Below, piece by piece: positions 1 to 15,400 of a stretch of DNA of 64,000 nt (the first letter of the stretch is position 1; each line of letters starts with the position of its first letter). Below the pieces are notes generated by a model, which did not search any database, was not told the origin of the DNA, and saw only the letters and a list, made by a program, of their open reading frames with translations. This DNA comes from Blasia pusilla (Eukaryota). The translations under genes were made by a program, and so were the position numbers. The DNA lies in assembly GCA_050084515.1 (NCBI GenBank), contig CM114271.1:27094001-27158000 (forward strand). The letters run 5' to 3'.

Positions 1-1589
1 CTTAAGGGTTTTTTTATTTCTGAAATTAATACCTTGTAGAGATGCAAGAGTTGTTTTTCTCTACCTTTAAATGTGCTCCCTTTCTTACTTTCATAATAGT
101 TAAGCATGGATAGTAATGATATTTCTATCTTTGATTTTTTCTAGTTTTGTCGTTGCAGATGGCATAAATGGAGATGTTCCCATATCGGATCTGGGAAGCT
201 AGTTTCCAAGATGTCTATGCCCGCTGGTTTTCAGATGCATCTCTCATGGCAGATATATAGCTTCGTTAGTTTTTGGCATCAACGCTGTAAATTTTGTACC
301 TCTCAGATTTTGCTGAAAGGAATTTTGTAAAGAAGGCTCTTAAAGCATCTACTAGAGATATGTTGTTGGTTCTTCACTCGTACTCAAGTGACTGGCCTCA
401 TAGTAGTAGAGTTATAATAGGTTTTGTCAAGTGGGACATGCTAGCACTTGGAATACCACCACCTTATACAAAGGGTATTTAATTCCAAATTCAAAGTGGT
501 GGGAATTCGTAAATTCCCATGATTGCTGCAATCAAGTCATGGTGTCTTGTTCTTACATTGTGTATAATTTGGGCAGCATGTGGAATGCTGAGGTTGTGGC
601 AAACTGTCGCAAACACACAGGTTCAAGAGCAATTCAAATGAGTAAGAAATTCTTGAACCTTCCCATGCTTACTAAACCCATCCATGCAATCAAGTGAACT
701 TGGCCATACCAATCTTAAAAACCATTCCACTAGAAATAGAAACTATTCCATATGTCATAAATCCATTCCCACACGTCATGGAAAGCATTCCATCGACATA
801 GTAATCTGGTCAAGTTGGAATGCAGAATGTGGATCCTCATCCAAACTTGTTCATGCACACAAAAACTTAATACATGTCTTCCCTCAAACATATCCAAAGA
901 GATTAGTTTTTACGTCAATTGTACTCTTCTTATTGCTTATGCATCGTGGAAGCCATTCTGCACGCCATATGTTGGTTTATTTTGACACTTGTTTTTTCCT
1001 TCTTATTGACATATAGTGAAAGATTGATCAGAAACTTGGCCTCCCCGACATGACCACATGTGATATGCCCACAAGTGATAGCTCTTTAACAAGGAGGATA
1101 TTATCCATGAATAAGATTGTCATTCAAACAGATATTCCAGCAGGACTTATGACAGCCAACGACCTTTGTTGGAATGATGATCACATGGCATACATAACTT
1201 GGGAAAGATTACATGATTTCATTCTTGGCAAGAAATTTCTGGTAGTGATGTAGGGATCATACGCACCAGGGGGGAAGTGAGTATAGCAAGAGTTAGGAGT
1301 CACACTTTGGAGAATAAATGTTATGAAATCTACAACTACGATACAGAGTGGGGTCATTGTGATTTTCCATGGTCTCTGAAAGGGAACATATGCAAGCATA
1401 TTGTAAGGGCATCTTACATTCTTATATTTTCATTCTTTTCAAAGTAAATATTCCATACTAGTTTGCAGATGTACTGAAAAGGTACCATACTGAGTTTATT
1501 GTTTGAAATCTGCCATACAGATTGGTGCCTTATTGAAGGAAAATTACAATGAAGCACATTTGGTGAAATTTTTAGGAACAAGACAAGGC

Positions 1590-3488
1590 AAGATGGCTCA
1601 TCTCAAGCTCATAACGCAACAATCCAATGAGGAATTGAAGAATGATCCATACCAAACTCGAGGAATGAAGACTTGGACTTTGGTTCCCCTTCCTCCTAAT
1701 CAAAGCACAATTGGCTGTCGTTGGGTTTTTAAAATTAAACCTCATGTGGATGGCACGATCCACAAGTACACAACCTGTCTGGTTGCTAAAGGATTTACTC
1801 AAGTTCCTGATCTTGATTATGACGAGACCTTTTCTCCTACTGTTAAACTTCAATCTCTTCGTATTCTAATTGCTATCGCTGCTTATTTCAACGTGGACTT
1901 ACATCAATTAGATGTAATCACTACTTTTCTATATGGATTCTTGCAACACAAGATCTACATGGCCCTTCCTCCAGGCTTGCTAGTTCCCCATAATAACTTG
2001 GTCTGCCTTCTCGAAAGGTCCATTTATGGTTTGAAGCAAACAGCCCGTATGTGGTATGAACGATGTCACTATGTTTTACTCGACATTGGTTTTGTCAGCA
2101 CCACTGTTGACTCTAATATTTACATTCTGAACAAGGACTCAAATTTTCTGATCCTTGCTCTCTACGTGGATGACACTTTCATCGCCAACTCCAGTTCTGC
2201 GCTGCTTTATTTTGTCAAAACGAAGCTCCGCCAAGAGTTTGAAATGACTGATCTCGGTGAAGCTTATCATGTTTTGAGAATTCATATCCAACGAGACCAA
2301 CAACAAGGATGGATCAAGCTCAACCAGACGACTTACATCACCAACAACTCAAACAGTTCAACATGCTGGGCTGCAAACCTATCTCCACTCCTTTGGATTT
2401 TGGCCTTCATCTTAGTCAAGATCAATCTCATGTTCATCCTGGTGACATTGCAGCAATGTCTTCTATTCCTTATAAAAGTGCTACAGGAAGTTTAATATGG
2501 GCAATGGTGTGTACTCGCCCCGATATTGCCTATTCTGTTAGCACTGTTGCACACTTCATGACCAATCCTGGTCCTATACACTAGACTGATGTCAAACGTA
2601 TTTTCAGGTATCTCCAAGGGACAAAACATTACTTTCTCCAATATCAACGCTCATCTATTCCTTTTCATCTTCAAGGATATTCTGATGCTGCCTATGGAGA
2701 TAAAATCGACTCCCAAAAATCTACTAGCGGATTTTGCTTTCTCCTTGAAGGAAGAGCAATTAGTTGGGCAAGTAGAAAACAAAAGTCAGTTGCTCTTTCA
2801 AGTACCGAGTCTGAGTACATTGCAATGACTAAAACTAGCACTGAAGCTATTTGGATCAGACGATTACTTTACGAAATTGGTTTTACTCAGAAGATAACCG
2901 AGATCTTCTGTGACAACCAAAGTGCTATTGCTTTGATCAGTTCTACAAAACATCATGACCGCACCAAACACATTGATATTCAATACCACTATATCAAAGA
3001 TCAAGTATCAAGTGGCAAAATTATTCTGACCTATATTTCAACTGCAAAGATGATTGCAGACATTTTTACTAAGGGTTTACAGAAAGGACCTCATTAGAAA
3101 CATACTAAATCTCTAGGGTTAACTAGTAATCAAAATGGCTGATTTGTTCCCCTGAGTGGGAGTGTAGGAAATCAATAAGTCCAGCGAAACAAATCATTAG
3201 AGTACTGATCCAAGAATTGATCACACGGATCAATCCATACGAACGATCTAGATTTGATTAGGATCAATGTTCTGTTTATGAGCATTGATTATTGCTAGTA
3301 ACGTTTCATCTTGCGAAACGATATATAGCTATGAGACATTTCTGAAGTGACATAGTTACCGTCACATCTTTTGATTACGGCTCTTAGTTTAGAGCAGACT
3401 TTACTACTTATGTATCGGCTTTTCAATCTATCAATACAGAGAACACAGAGAGTACAAACGCAATTTCAATTCATTCTCCAATTCTCAC
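1590..3488 (+). mobile_element. Ty1/copia LTR retrotransposon, 3' remnant (RT, RNase H, PPT, probable 3' LTR)
   Basis: Copia RT motifs (TWTLVPLP, IGCRWVFKIK, LVAKGFTQ..DYDETFSP, QLDV.T.FL, IYGLKQ..R.W, LYVDD) and RNase H motifs (S..ESEY, FCDNQSAI, RTKHIDIQYH, MIADIFTK) lie across frameshifted ORFs 1503-3097. A purine tract GAGTGGGAG precedes TGTAGG at 3163, and a candidate end TCTCACA falls at 3488. The 5' boundary is approximate. Confidence 0.9.
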
Positions 3489-5129
3489 ATATGGCTCAAT
3501 CTACGCAACATGTTGGATGTTGATGTGCATCCAAATGAACGCGGCAAGTACAATGATCATCAATATTTTCAATGTATATGCATACCTTGATACTTGAATT
3601 CTAGACACTTGGCAAGGCTTATCACTCAGTCCAACAAAAAAATCAGACAATATCCAGCTTTCATCCGCACTCAGCTCAGGCAAAGTTGACTCCTCTGTAC
3701 AATTTATGATCCTTTCTAGAATGGAGGAGGAAAGATTGGATCACTTATCCACAAAGGGTTTAGGGAATTCTAGAGAGGAACTGACCTGATGGTACTCCTC
3801 TCATAGCTAAGCCGAGTCGTTAACATGATTTCAGGGATGGTGAAATGTGACAACAGAGTAGCTCATGAGAGCCCATGATCTTGCACACAAAGCATGCCAT
3901 GGGCGGTTTTGGACATGGAGCTTGGTTTTTTTTTCCTCAAAACATCTGCACATGTGCAAGCTTCTAACATTGGACTCCAGGTCTCCAACACAGGACCCCA
4001 ATTCTCCTTGGCAATGACTGCTAGCACCAAGCTAGCCACTTTCCTTACCTTCTATTAGGGGGCCAATGTATTTATCACTTTATTATGGGTCATTTTCCAT
4101 AAACGGTGTTGAGTTTTGAGTGGGTAAGACCTCCTTTCTGTGGAAGGCAGTCAACTATTGTTGGTCATCGGTGATAAATAGAGGGTTGTGACCCAAGACA
4201 GATATCAATCAAAGTGATGGATATAGGATTGTAGTTCCAGAAATGATTTAATTGCAATTGGTCCTGGGCATGGGATTATCTGATGTACAGTTTCACCTTC
4301 TTCTTTCTTGGAACCAGAATCTCTAGAAGTAGCATGCCTTGTTTCAAATAAAAATACGTGTCACAACCTTGACAGCATATCATCCACGGACATCAATGCG
4401 AGGACAAGGGAGTCTTTCACATACATTTATTTATATTACTAGTATAAAGCCTGTGCGATGCATGCACTGGAGGGAAGTGATTAATGATGTTGCAGCAAAT
4501 TCATAAACTTTTTTCTTGGTGCTCTTAGTATGGGAACGTGTTCTTGCTGTCCGGTTGTCATATGTCAAGCACACAGGTGTTTGCAAATCAAAAAGGTACT
4601 CTCCAAGAATAATATAGGTTAATGGAGATGCGAGATCATTTGTGGTTATTATGCGAGGAAAGTGAAGTTTCATTATTCACCACCCCAATTATAATCCCCG
4701 GAAGGATTTGGAGTTAATTCCATGGTCTATGTATGCCATCGGAACAGTCGAATCTTGTTATTTGAGAATATTTTGAAATCTCTAAACGACAATTAGTATG
4801 ATATCATGGTATGAACTCAATCAAAATCAATTGCATCAGGTGAAAGAAATAGTGATTAGGCTAGTGTGAACATGAAATAAGACATGAAAATACACATTTG
4901 AGTTCTTGAGCCAGTTGCAATAAATGGAAAATAAGGTTTATCTGAAAACTTGATAGGATATAAAAGTATGTAATGAAGAGAGAAGGGATACTTGAAAAGT
5001 TGATTTGATTTTTTATTTGGGATTTTTTTAGAAATTTCAATCTTGAAGCATTGATGTTATTAACAAACTCATGCAACTATTCAAGACATAAATATGGTTG
5101 TGCGTCCTGGTGACTCCATATACCATCTT

Positions 5130-5600
5130 GTCACATCACACTTAGCCGACAAATACAATTCATAAGATTGTTCAAGCATAAATCCTTCCTAAGTGTTTAT
5201 GTGAGGTTAGTGATAACTCAATTGCGTCGAGATGGTCATTTTGAACAAACCCTCTATTTTGCTATTTTGGGCTAGGTGACCCATTGATTGGTTCAACGAT
5301 CATCATGTTGTCATTTTAGGCTATTTTTGGGGGAAGAGCTCTTTTAGCCCTTCCCAAGGGTATAAAGGCGGGAGAGATGGCTTTCATTGGCCATCTCTCT
5401 CATATTTAGCCTTTAGAGCATTCATCCTTTTAGGGTTTCATAGAAGTTTGAGTACTAGAGTTCGGATTCCCTTATGGCAGAGGGTGGATGTGGCTTGATA
5501 CAGAGATATACATTTGGGAGTGAAGTTGATTGTGTGAGTTATTTTTACGAGATGACGGCCGTACTCCTTAGAGTGGAGACATGACACACTTGGATTACGC
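5130..5600 (+). repeat. Old terminal-repeat (LTR-like) remnant related to the 5' end of the 17187-19328 element
   Basis: Starts TGTCAC. Shares GGGGAAGAGC..TT..GC.CTTCCCAA..TATA..GATGGCTTTC..CCATCT.TCTCAT and CGGATTCC.T.AT.GCA.AGGGTGGA blocks with 17430-17590. The right boundary is uncertain. Confidence 0.55.
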
Positions 5601-6011
5601 ATTTATTATGTGGCAGTGTCCGAAGGAAGGTATTTGAATGCTAAATCTCTTTGGAGGGATTTAGCTCAAGGTTAGTTATAGTGTTGTTGGAAATCATACA
5701 AATGCATCAGTACCTCTATGTTGGGAGAGATGAGATCACACAACGATATCCTAATTTATTACTAGAATTTGTAATATAATACAGGAATACTAGTGTACAC
5801 TATCTTTTGGTATTTCTTTTTTGGGGCATAAGACCTAGATAGAGTTGCCACCATTGATTTGGTGATCTCAAGATCGCCCCGCTAAAGTCATTAATTGGAT
5901 TTTCGAGGACTTGGTTTGTATGATCTGAGGTCGAACATGGGATTGAGCATATTTTGGGATATGTTGTGTGTATTGTAGCACATAACATGCTAGATGTTAT
6001 TGCAAGGCACA

Positions 6012-6960
6012 TGTCGTGCGCATACACATCGCTACACAACATACATCGTTGTCACCAAACACACACGCAAACACTCACGATCCCATGCTAACTCATGGCA
6101 TCCAAACAACGAGACAAGAAGTACTAAAATATCTCCAATAAAGTAAGATCCAATCTCTCTCTACACCATCTCATACCATAGCTCTCAAAAGTGTGCATTC
6201 TCTCTCATGTCAAACCAAACCCACTCTCCTGATGAGAGACCTGGGTTACACTCACAAGGCAAGGGACCATAACTCCGCCGCCTTATGCCAAGAGGTTCAA
6301 CAAAGAGAGAATGGTCTCTCAAGTTCTCTCTCCTTGAGGTATACCCATCCCCTCTCCCAAGCTCTCTCCATGGTAACCTATTCTCCCAAGTCACCTCCTT
6401 GGCTCTTGACCTAATGTAGGAGGTCAAGGGCCACTTACCAAAAATATAAAGTCGATCATATACTCAAAATGGTAATTACCTAAAATAGTAAGTTCCTCAA
6501 TATGGCTCCAAATGAGCCGAAACGAAGGGGAAACCTGCTCTCTCAAATTTCCCAGAACCTCAACAGGTCACCCTCAACCTACTGAGCATGTCCTCCACTA
6601 CTCATGTAGGCGCTCTACTACATCTCACCGATCTATCCTAAAAGACGTGACAATTGTCGTGCACATACACATCGCTGTCACCAAACACACACACAAACGC
6701 GCACGATCCCATCCTAACTCATGGCATCCAAACAAAGAGACAAGAAGTACTAAAATATCTCCAATCGCTCCCCTAGTTGGTGGTTAGGTCCCTCTAATTC
6801 CAGATAGCCATCTATCCCTACCTACCATGACATACATCTCTCGCACACTAAGAGCAAGAAAGGTCGGGTGCTCATGTGGCCCCATCGTTAGTCGCCTTCT
6901 TGTCATCCATATCACAAAAAAAGTCGGAATCGAAACGTACCTGTATCTCCTCTATGTACC
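6012..6960 (-). mobile_element. G1 gypsy family, copy a: 3'-terminal remnant (3' UTR + A-B-A terminal repeats)
   Basis: Repeat A at 6012-6139, B at 6140-6652 and A at 6655-6765, then PPT-like CTAGGGGAGCG on the minus strand and a 3' UTR. Nearly identical to 28909-29840. Confidence 0.85.
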
Positions 6961-9900
6961 CTAAACTGAGACTATTGACATGCATGCAAATGAAGGTAAA
7001 TAACAATAATCAACATCAGGTCATGTATACTTCTAGGATCACTATAGGATTCATATTTCGACGTGGTATTTCATATGAGTTGTTGCTCCTTCAAAACTAA
7101 ATGGTTTCCATCTTTGGTGTTGGCCTCAAAGACACCATTCTACTAGGAAGTGAAATATCCTCGGACTCTGCAAACCCTATAACTAACTCCAGTATTGAAG
7201 AAATCGACAAGTTGTTCTCATGGATACGACTTTCCTGTGGTGAAAATGCTTGCCTTCTTGCTTTGACTACAAGAACTCTCATGGAGTTCAGCGGAAAGAT
7301 CGAGTCTCCAAAAATAGCGGTTGAAAAGCAGTGAAAACGGATTACCCCTCAACTAGGTAATCCATTCTACAATTTTGAGGATGGATTCTTGAACAATAAT
7401 TCCATTACACGAGTTCAATCAAACATTGAACATTGGTGGCGACGTAGAAGAAGATCTACAAGATCCATGACACACGTGAATGATACGCAAAACCCAAACA
7501 ACTCATTCACCAACCTACCTTTATTCCCTAGAGCAAAGTTCATAAAGATCACAAGCCCAACTTGATAAAGAAGGAGCCATTGCCTCATGGGTGTGTACAA
7601 ACAAGTAGGGAATGTGGAGGACGTACGAAGGCTTTTGAAAATCACATAGCTTTGTATCCTTTTAGGAAGTGAAGGATGAAATATTGTCGCAGAATTTTTC
7701 ATGTTCATTTTAGAAGTTGAGAAATAAAAAAGCGTTCATGTCACATTTTATTCTATTATTCTTTATATTTTATTCAAATTAAGGGTGGTTCCCAAGGTTA
7801 TACGTAGTATGATTTGTTTTGAATTGTCGGCAATGAATTGCCTACAAAGGAAAACATTCCACAATGCATGGAAACAATTAATAGTAGAGATGGGTAGTAT
7901 GGGAGCCATGATATATGAATTGTGAACTTTTTTTCACAAGAAAAGTGTTCAATAGGGCTGAGGTTGTCCATCACAAATAAAAGATTTAAATGAGAAGAAA
8001 AAAAAAAGTCGCATGTTTCCCGTCGCCAGATAGATAATAGCATTGGCATGCCCTCTATACATAGGAGTATGCGTCATCAAGCAAGCAGTACGCGTGTCAC
8101 CATTGACTCGCTCCTCGGTACGAAGTATGCAACGTGGATTTCCTGATGTAAACAACTAGACGAGGATGAGGTTCATTCGTCATGTCGCCCAACGCCATCG
8201 GCTTCTTATGGCTTTCGCCTGATTTCGTTCGACCGTCTGGAAATGACTGGAACGAAACGCTCAGTTCGTGGGTTCCGGTCGTCACACAAGAATCGCGCGC
8301 AAACGCATTACTGCATCCCTCCACCGGTGCCTGAAAGCCAGCACTCCATCGGCGTCCGTCCGCGAGGCTTCAGGGAATGATGCTTCGGAGAACTTGGCGT
8401 GTGAGCGAGTGGTGGTGGTGGTGGTGAGAACCGCCATGTATCCAACAATTAGTGCGGGGACGAGGGTGTCTTAACGAAGACGCGGTCAGTGGACTTTGCA
8501 CTTGGACGCCACAACTCTCCCACTGCGAGCAGTAAGGAGCGCGACGAGTGAGCGCAATGGCCGTGTTTGTTGGTGGTGGGCTGTGCAGTTCACGGTAATG
8601 GTAACGGCAAACAACCTTTGATGAGCGGGCGTAGGAAGGGGGGATAGGTGGGAGGCGTGGGTTGAGAATTTGAGAGTTTTATGCGTGAAGGGAGTCATTG
8701 AAGTATTGTGGTGGCAACTTTGTGTATTGGAAAGCACGCACGGACGGACGGACGGACGGGCGCATGGACCTTGCGGCAAGCTGTGGCCTCTTGTAGCGGA
8801 GATGGTGAGACGTTGGGACTTTGCGGACGGGAAAAGCTTGCCACAGTCGATCGCAACGCGTGACTGTCGCTCTCGACGGTGACGGTTTCGGGCGGGACTA
8901 CAGGTAGTGGAAGCAGTTGGAAGGAGTTCTGCGCGGGGGTGTGGGAGACCTCCTCGTCAGGCGGCTTTCAACCACGTACGGACCGGGGTAGCAGACCCTC
9001 CGTGCACTGCAACGGAGCCCGAGTTCCCCGTCTCAGATCTTCAGCAGCCGCAGCGAGGATGGTTTGGGAGGAGTCACCAGGTTCATCCGAAAAGCGAAGG
9101 GTTCACGATTTGCGAGCTAGACTCTAGCAAGTGAGGCACTGCTTCGACATGGACGGAAGTTCACTTGTGTCTGATGCCACTTTCCTTCACTGCGTAGAGT
9201 TTTGAATGGTCCTCTAGTCACACAGAAGACTGGGTAGTGTAGTTGTTTGCCTTGACTTGTACACATTCTTCACGGGGAGTTCCAAAGTTTTGCCTTGGAA
9301 TTTTTCATGTTTACGGGCAGCTCCAGAGTGTGGCACTGGAATCGGACCTGTCTTTCATGGGCATCTCCAAACAGGTCCCCAATTATGGTTGACTCGATTT
9401 TCCAACCGCAGATAAATCGTTGGATCTCATGCTTTTGGAACTTTAGGTGTAAAGGAGAGAGCGGACATTAGTCATGAAGGACTATACCTACAATAGTAGG
9501 TATAGTCCTCAATTCACATGACAATTGAGCAGACTTAACTTTTCTTTCTCCGGCTTCGATTCGCTTAGACGTGCATCCACTCGCGTGCTACACTTCCAAA
9601 TGAAATGGAACGTCAAACAGACTTCAAGTTGAACACCATAAATGTTGCCAAGCTTCTCGGATTCTTTCTAGATGACATCAATGAAGCGACGGTGGTTCAG
9701 TTCTTAGGGTTTGATGGGCGGGGATGGGCAGGGTTGACGTACAGTACCAACGGAGAACATGCACCAGTACCGTATCTGATCGCTCATCCGCAAGTTTCCC
9801 CAAATCGCAGATTACCTCCGAAAACTTACCCGCATTTCTTCCTGCTCTACATCATTAAGATGTGATTTTTCAATCTTCAAAGTCGGCGAGAGGGATTTCG

Positions 9901-11375
9901 TACGGCAGGGCCGGCACGACTAGCGAAGAGCTTCCGTGCAAATGTGGATTTAATTAATTTCGTGCGTATGTGGATTCGATTCATTTCGTGCGAATGAGAG
10001 CGACCCGACAAGACAAGACGCACACTAGGCACCGCGATGTTGAGACAAGCTCGATCGAGAGCTTACACAATTCACATGATTACCATGTCAGCGTGCTGAC
10101 AAATCTTCTTTCACGGTGTACCATTCAGAAACCAATGACGTCTTGGGCCTAAGAGCCCAACATCGGTATACCACATCCTCCTCCCGGCTACGCGGAATGA
10201 TTTTCCCGGATAAGGGTAACCCTCGAGTCTGATCTACCCTACCTGCAGGCAATTCCTGTGCTAGATACAAAGCGTAGGACATATGTAATCAGAACAGCCG
10301 TTTTAACGTAACACTGTGACCAACACCAGGAGGCGAGCCTGATAACCTCAACCCAAGCATGACAGTTTTCGGCGCACTCCGTCAATTTAACTCTACTGAC
10401 CAGGCAAAATCCCCATGTTAGGTACAAATTTACGGTGGAACAGAAGAACAAGCGACACACTTGCCACACAGAATATCTCCGGAGTATAGAACAGATTCGT
10501 ATGAAACGGTTACTCAAAACACTATCGGTTACCACATGAACCCATGCATCTTATCGCGGGTACGAACCCTAACAAACGATTGGACTACTAGTTTCTCAGA
10601 CCTGTGAAAATGAAAAGAAAATCTACCAAGTTCCATCAAATCGACTTGAGCGAGTCTAGAGAAAGAGCTCTAATCTACATAATTTCAACATGTCTAGATT
10701 GTCAGACAGACCATTCCAACTTCGTGCAGGCTGAACACGAACTTCCATCACTTGCACTTCCACGCCGCAACAGATCCATACAGAACCTGTGAAGTGACGA
10801 GAGTAACGATTCCCCGCACCAAACATCTCTACAACGACTAAGAACTCGAAGCAAATCAACATAATGCGGTCCATCTCAGAAAGATAAGAAACAATAATCA
10901 GGTCTAGATACCATAGATAAAACTTGCGACAAGTCCAATCGAAACGAAACACATCACATCTTAAGAAGACCATATCGATAACCTTGCTTGGAAATTTTAA
11001 ATAGAATCTTCTGAAGTTATGGCCTAAAAACCAAAACGATAGTTTCGCGATCCGTGCACATTTTTTGGACCTATACACTAGCCACTTCAAGGGATTGTAC
11101 AAACTAGAGCGCGACCCAAGGAAAGAAGAAATTCACATGAAACAGAGTTCGATTCTATTTGACCGCCCATCAGCAGACGGTAACATATCAAAGAGCACGG
11201 CCGAGAGAAAGAGAACCTTGCATGGCAAGGAGAATGGTGAACTATATACAGACAGGAGACAGTGCGATCTATGTACAGAAGATCAGCCCGATTCCATCAC
11301 ACTTTACATTTCTCCCATTCATCCTGTGTTTACTTGACCCACGTCTTGCAGAACGACTGCCTCGGCACACGGTGG

Positions 11376-11804
<429 letters not shown>

Positions 11805-12393
11805 CTATGGCCCTCACCGAACACGCGCCTCTTCCCTTCTCACAACCGAACAACCGACCAACCACCACCGCCACCACAACCTGCTGCAGTCCGTCGTCGA
11901 ATGCTTCTCAATCGCTCCCCGAAAGCCTGTCGAAATTCTCGTCTTCAGCGAGCGAAGTGCACAAACCACAAGATCGACCTTCCGCTTTGTCACCAGCGCG
12001 TCCACAACCGCGACACGAGAGCCGTGTATCACCGATACACTCCAGTCCTCCACCGATGGTGGAAACAAGACGCAAACGTCCACACCCGCACGCACTCCTC
12101 GACCTCCAGCCAAACAAAGTCAAACGTCAAGACACAGACGAACGAAGGAAGAAGCTCTAACCCTCACAACACCCAACTATGAAAGAGAGACAGACAACAA
12201 GACGCGAGGCAGGAAAGAAGAGGAGGAGAAGAACGGAGGCCGGAAACTGTTCCTGTCACGAGAGAAGAGTCAGGAGGGCAACAATGAATAATGGGGGCAC
12301 AAGAAGGAAGGAAGGAAGGAAGGAAGGAAAGGAGCGGGGGGCATCTTGCGTAGAGGTGAAGCACAAAAAGCAATCGACGGCACTCGCAAACGG

Positions 12394-12402
12394 ACACGTG
12401 GC
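12394..12402. promoter_or_regulatory. ABRE/G-box motif ACACGTGGC upstream of ATG8
   Basis: Exact ABRE consensus just upstream of a CT-rich (minus strand) leader-like tract at about 12180-12340. Motif match only. Confidence 0.3.
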
Positions 12403-15400
12403 CGAGATCGTGCGGCTCGCCGAGAGACCCAACCCTATTTCCGCCCTTTTCTTACATTTATCTACTTACCGCTGTCATCCGGGAAACGGCGTGAGTTCCT
12501 CTTCTCAGACTTACTTATCCCTTTCGGCACGATATTATCCAACCAAAATACAACCCTCGGACTTATCCCCCATGCCGCATGCGGCCAATAAGGGAATCTT
12601 CCCCCACTACTGTCTCAGGACAGTATATTCTTCCTTCTCCGCTACGCCCCGGACCTTCCTTCTCTTCTCTTCCATGCCGCCGACGAGAGAATCCTGCCTG
12701 TGAGGGGAATCTTACCCGGACAGTATATTCTTATGTTCCGCTACTTCTCTCCACGTCGTTCCGGACTCAGAGCCACGTCCTACACAGAGTTCCGTAGAGT
12801 AGTACTTCCGGATCCCCTGTACTGTACTGTACATTATATTTCCTCAGCCTCTGCACTGTACTGTACTGTACATTATACTCGCCTTGCGTACGATATTAGC
12901 GTTCACGATTGTTTGTTTCTACGACAAGTTCGGAAATAGCATCGTTCGGTTTTTCTGGCGTCCAAATTCTTTCATGTATATATTAGTATAATCCCCGTGC
13001 AAACGAATTCCTTATGTCTACATTAGTATGATCCCCGTGGAGATATCGGGTTAGAAAGGCATCTCCTTTCTTAATTTATTTTTCTAATATACTAATTTAG
13101 GTGCAATTAAATTGATATGATGGGAGGGAGGGCTCTACAAATCCCATCCTCTTTTAATTATAGTTGAGGAGCAATTATTTATCTCGACGCATGTATATTT
13201 TTTAACAGCCTTGTTGACTTCGAGTAGTTTTATTAATTTCATGCATAGCGTGGGCTCTAGGAAGAGTGAGCAAGTGATTAAAAAGAAATCTATATTTGTG
13301 ATTCAAGATTTGCTCTAGATGAAGATGAACGTATAAATGGCCTCGTATGGAGATCAATTTTATATTTGGAGTTGTTCTTTCCAAAGGTACACACAACTTC
13401 TATTTTTCATAGAAGTATGGTATGGTTCAAGGCTTAGTGTTAGGAAATTGTGTTCATTTGTAATTCTTAACAAGTGGCCCACATTCATAAGACGATGACA
13501 AGGCAATGTCTCTCATTATGGATGACGAAATGGTTGCCATTTTGAGGGAAAAAGAATGGGCGCTTTGTGTCTGCACTTAACGTGGAGAGCTGAAAGGGTA
13601 GGTCATGTCGAGAAGTCACAACTTCTTGATTTTGATTTCATTCCAACGACTTCTTCAAAGTCATGGAAATGATCAACTATGAAGTTCTAACTCAATGTTG
13701 GAAACCAAAAATTCAAACATCGAGAAACCGAATCCAAATGAAATGAACTTTAGACACACTAAATTGGTGGCCAAAGAATAGACCGACGGTAATGTCATGA
13801 GGTAATACTTTTAATTCCACAATTTTGAGGAGTTGAACTAAAGCATCTAGCTATTCTTAGGAATGCATAAGATCTAGTCCGAAGAACTTTCTTTGGGGCT
13901 ATCAACTCCACAACCCAATCACAAAAAATCACATTAATGACAAGACTAATAAGGCATTACCACAAAGAGTGCACACCAAGAAAAGCATAAATGTTTCATT
14001 TTGAAGAATAATTCAAATTACGATACACCATCGATATCAAATAAAACTTATGTATTCACTGAGAAGATTCACCCAAAAACTTCACAACACAAGGGGTTTT
14101 TTTGTTCCTTGCAAATGTCTTTCAAGTTCATGGTTGTCTTGCACATGTGATTTGCGAGTACGTATCATGTTGTCACGACTGTGACCAAGATCTCGATTGT
14201 GACTTCTCAAACTCACACGAAGTTTGTAAATCTATGTATCTACAAGATAGTCGCAAAGTGCAACTACCTTAACCTTGGAAAATTTGAGTTTAAGGACTTG
14301 CAAAGCAACCGCAAAAGAGAACTTAGAGCTAAATTCATGTCTCTACAATTTTATGTACTAATTAAAGATTCAATGAGAGGGATGGGTTCCTCATTTATTA
14401 TTTTCAACCTTGCAAATTAGCCCAAGGACATGGGGACTTTTGGAGGTGGTGGTGTTGGTGTTGGTGGGGAGAGCAAAAAATTGCCGAAGTTCATGTATTC
14501 TTTGGTTCCATCAATAAGACTTCTTTACTTACCTAAGCTTGTACATCATGATGGTGGTATTTGTCAAAATTTTCTCCTATTGCATCACATACAAGCTTAA
14601 CATACCATGCCTTCATTCATGAAAATAGCGACCATATTACTAGGATAATTTGAACTCTAGAGCACTAGAGAAAGTTGAAGCAAATGGAGTAGATATGTGA
14701 TACCAAACAGCCTCAAAGGTAGGTTGTCCTATTGACAAGGCCGACCTACCTCTTCTTACCGCTAATGCTACAATAAACTCCAAATCCGGCGTGAATTATT
14801 CTAATCTATATCAATGCCATTCACACGCCGCTCCCAGCTCGTCATGCACCAATGTAAGCCCATTGGGGGCCTTGAATTTGTGCGGCTATGAGGATCATGT
14901 CCAGCCATTGATCAAGCTCCGTCCAACGTAGTGCCAATAACTTAGCTTTGTGCAACTCACCGCCAAGGTTTGCATGATGTTGGTAGGCCATCGGCCATCA
15001 TGGGGAAATGGCTAGGTTTATTTCCATTTGCTTTATCTTTGTCTATTTTCTCATGCTTTTATCCAATTAACATCTTGTCGTGTGCATACACATCACTGTG
15101 CAACATACATTGTTATCACCAAATACACACACAAACACACAAGATACCATGCTAACTCATGGCATCTAAATATTGAGATAATGAAATACCAAAATATCTC
15201 CGATAAATCACAAGCACTCAAATATTTCAGAATGTGCACACAGACTCCATATCTCTCTCATGTCAAACCAAACCCACTCTTTTAATGAGATGTTCAGCAA
15301 AGAGAAAATGAGCTTTAAAGGTCTCTCTCATTAGTTATTACCCCTTCCCTCTCCCAAACTTTCTCCATGGTAACCTATGCTTGCAAGTCACCTCCTTGCC

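Noticed and set aside
1-1500. Possible decayed coding or TE sequence
   Set aside because: No motif could be assigned by eye.
3500-4420. Possible old L1-type ORF1 remnants (also ~7000-7700 and ~13300-14900)
   Set aside because: Too degenerate to support a call without a search.
6012-6765. DIRS/Ngaro tyrosine-recombinase element, suggested by the split repeats
   Set aside because: The family encodes an HHCC-DDE integrase and an aspartic protease, and no tyrosine recombinase motifs were seen.
12590-12880. Short direct repeats upstream of ATG8 (GGACAGTATATTCTT x2; CTGTACTGTACTGTACATTATA x2)
   Set aside because: Only two copies each; most likely local slippage duplications.
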